From IMG/VR virus record IMGVR_UViG_3300033463_000052: a DNA stretch of 37,520 bases; one strand, written 5' to 3'. Position 1 is the stretch's first letter. The number at the start of each line of letters is the position of its first letter. Shown piece after piece: positions 37,478-37,520 of this stretch. The position numbers and the translations under genes are program-made. Below the pieces are notes generated by a model. The model worked only from the letters and a program-made list of their open reading frames with translations, made no database searches and was not told the origin of the DNA. The DNA is from an uncultured virus (IMG/VR IMGVR_UViG_3300033463_000052). Lineage: Duplodnaviria > Heunggongvirae > Uroviricota > Caudoviricetes.

Positions 37478-37520
37478 TAAAACCATAGTGGGAATCTACA
37501 ATAATATTTCATTTCGCCAT

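Noticed and set aside
37477..37520. Possible intron 3' end or frameshift at the window edge
   Set aside because: More simply explained by an upstream ORF ending in a TAATG overlap; too little sequence to test.
1..37520. tRNAs, CRISPR arrays, reverse transcriptase, integrase, inteins
   Set aside because: None recognised by eye; the helicases, primase and nrdD show no intein-sized insertions.

Overview
Very AT-rich tailed-phage DNA, probably a siphovirus of an anaerobic Firmicute host (inferred from sigmaA-type promoters, strong SD sites and a class III RNR). Two arms converge on a bidirectional terminator at ~21716-21765. The + arm (1-21682) is the virion module: capsid C-terminus, neck, tail tube, holin-like gene, RuvC-like resolvase, tape measure (TMP), baseplate and fibre genes. 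The - arm carries replication genes (DnaB-like helicase, primase, RecJ, RecD-like helicase) and nucleotide genes (redoxin, nrdD, nrdG, NDT-family N-glycosidase, NCS2 permease, dUTPase, 5'-nucleotidase). Main observations: (1) The TMP gene is split by two group I introns, each with its own internal promoter and a Vsr/DUF559-like homing endonuclease in a long-range stem; predicted spliced length is 1369 aa. (2) Intron 2 appears to lack the canonical U-G 5' splice pair. (3) Three promoters have spacers complementary to their own 5' UTR, and every mismatch is G-U compatible on the transcribed strand. (4) An NDT-GIY-YIG fusion with an apparent ATA start sits directly upstream of a nucleobase transporter. 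All calls come from motif reading; no searches were run.
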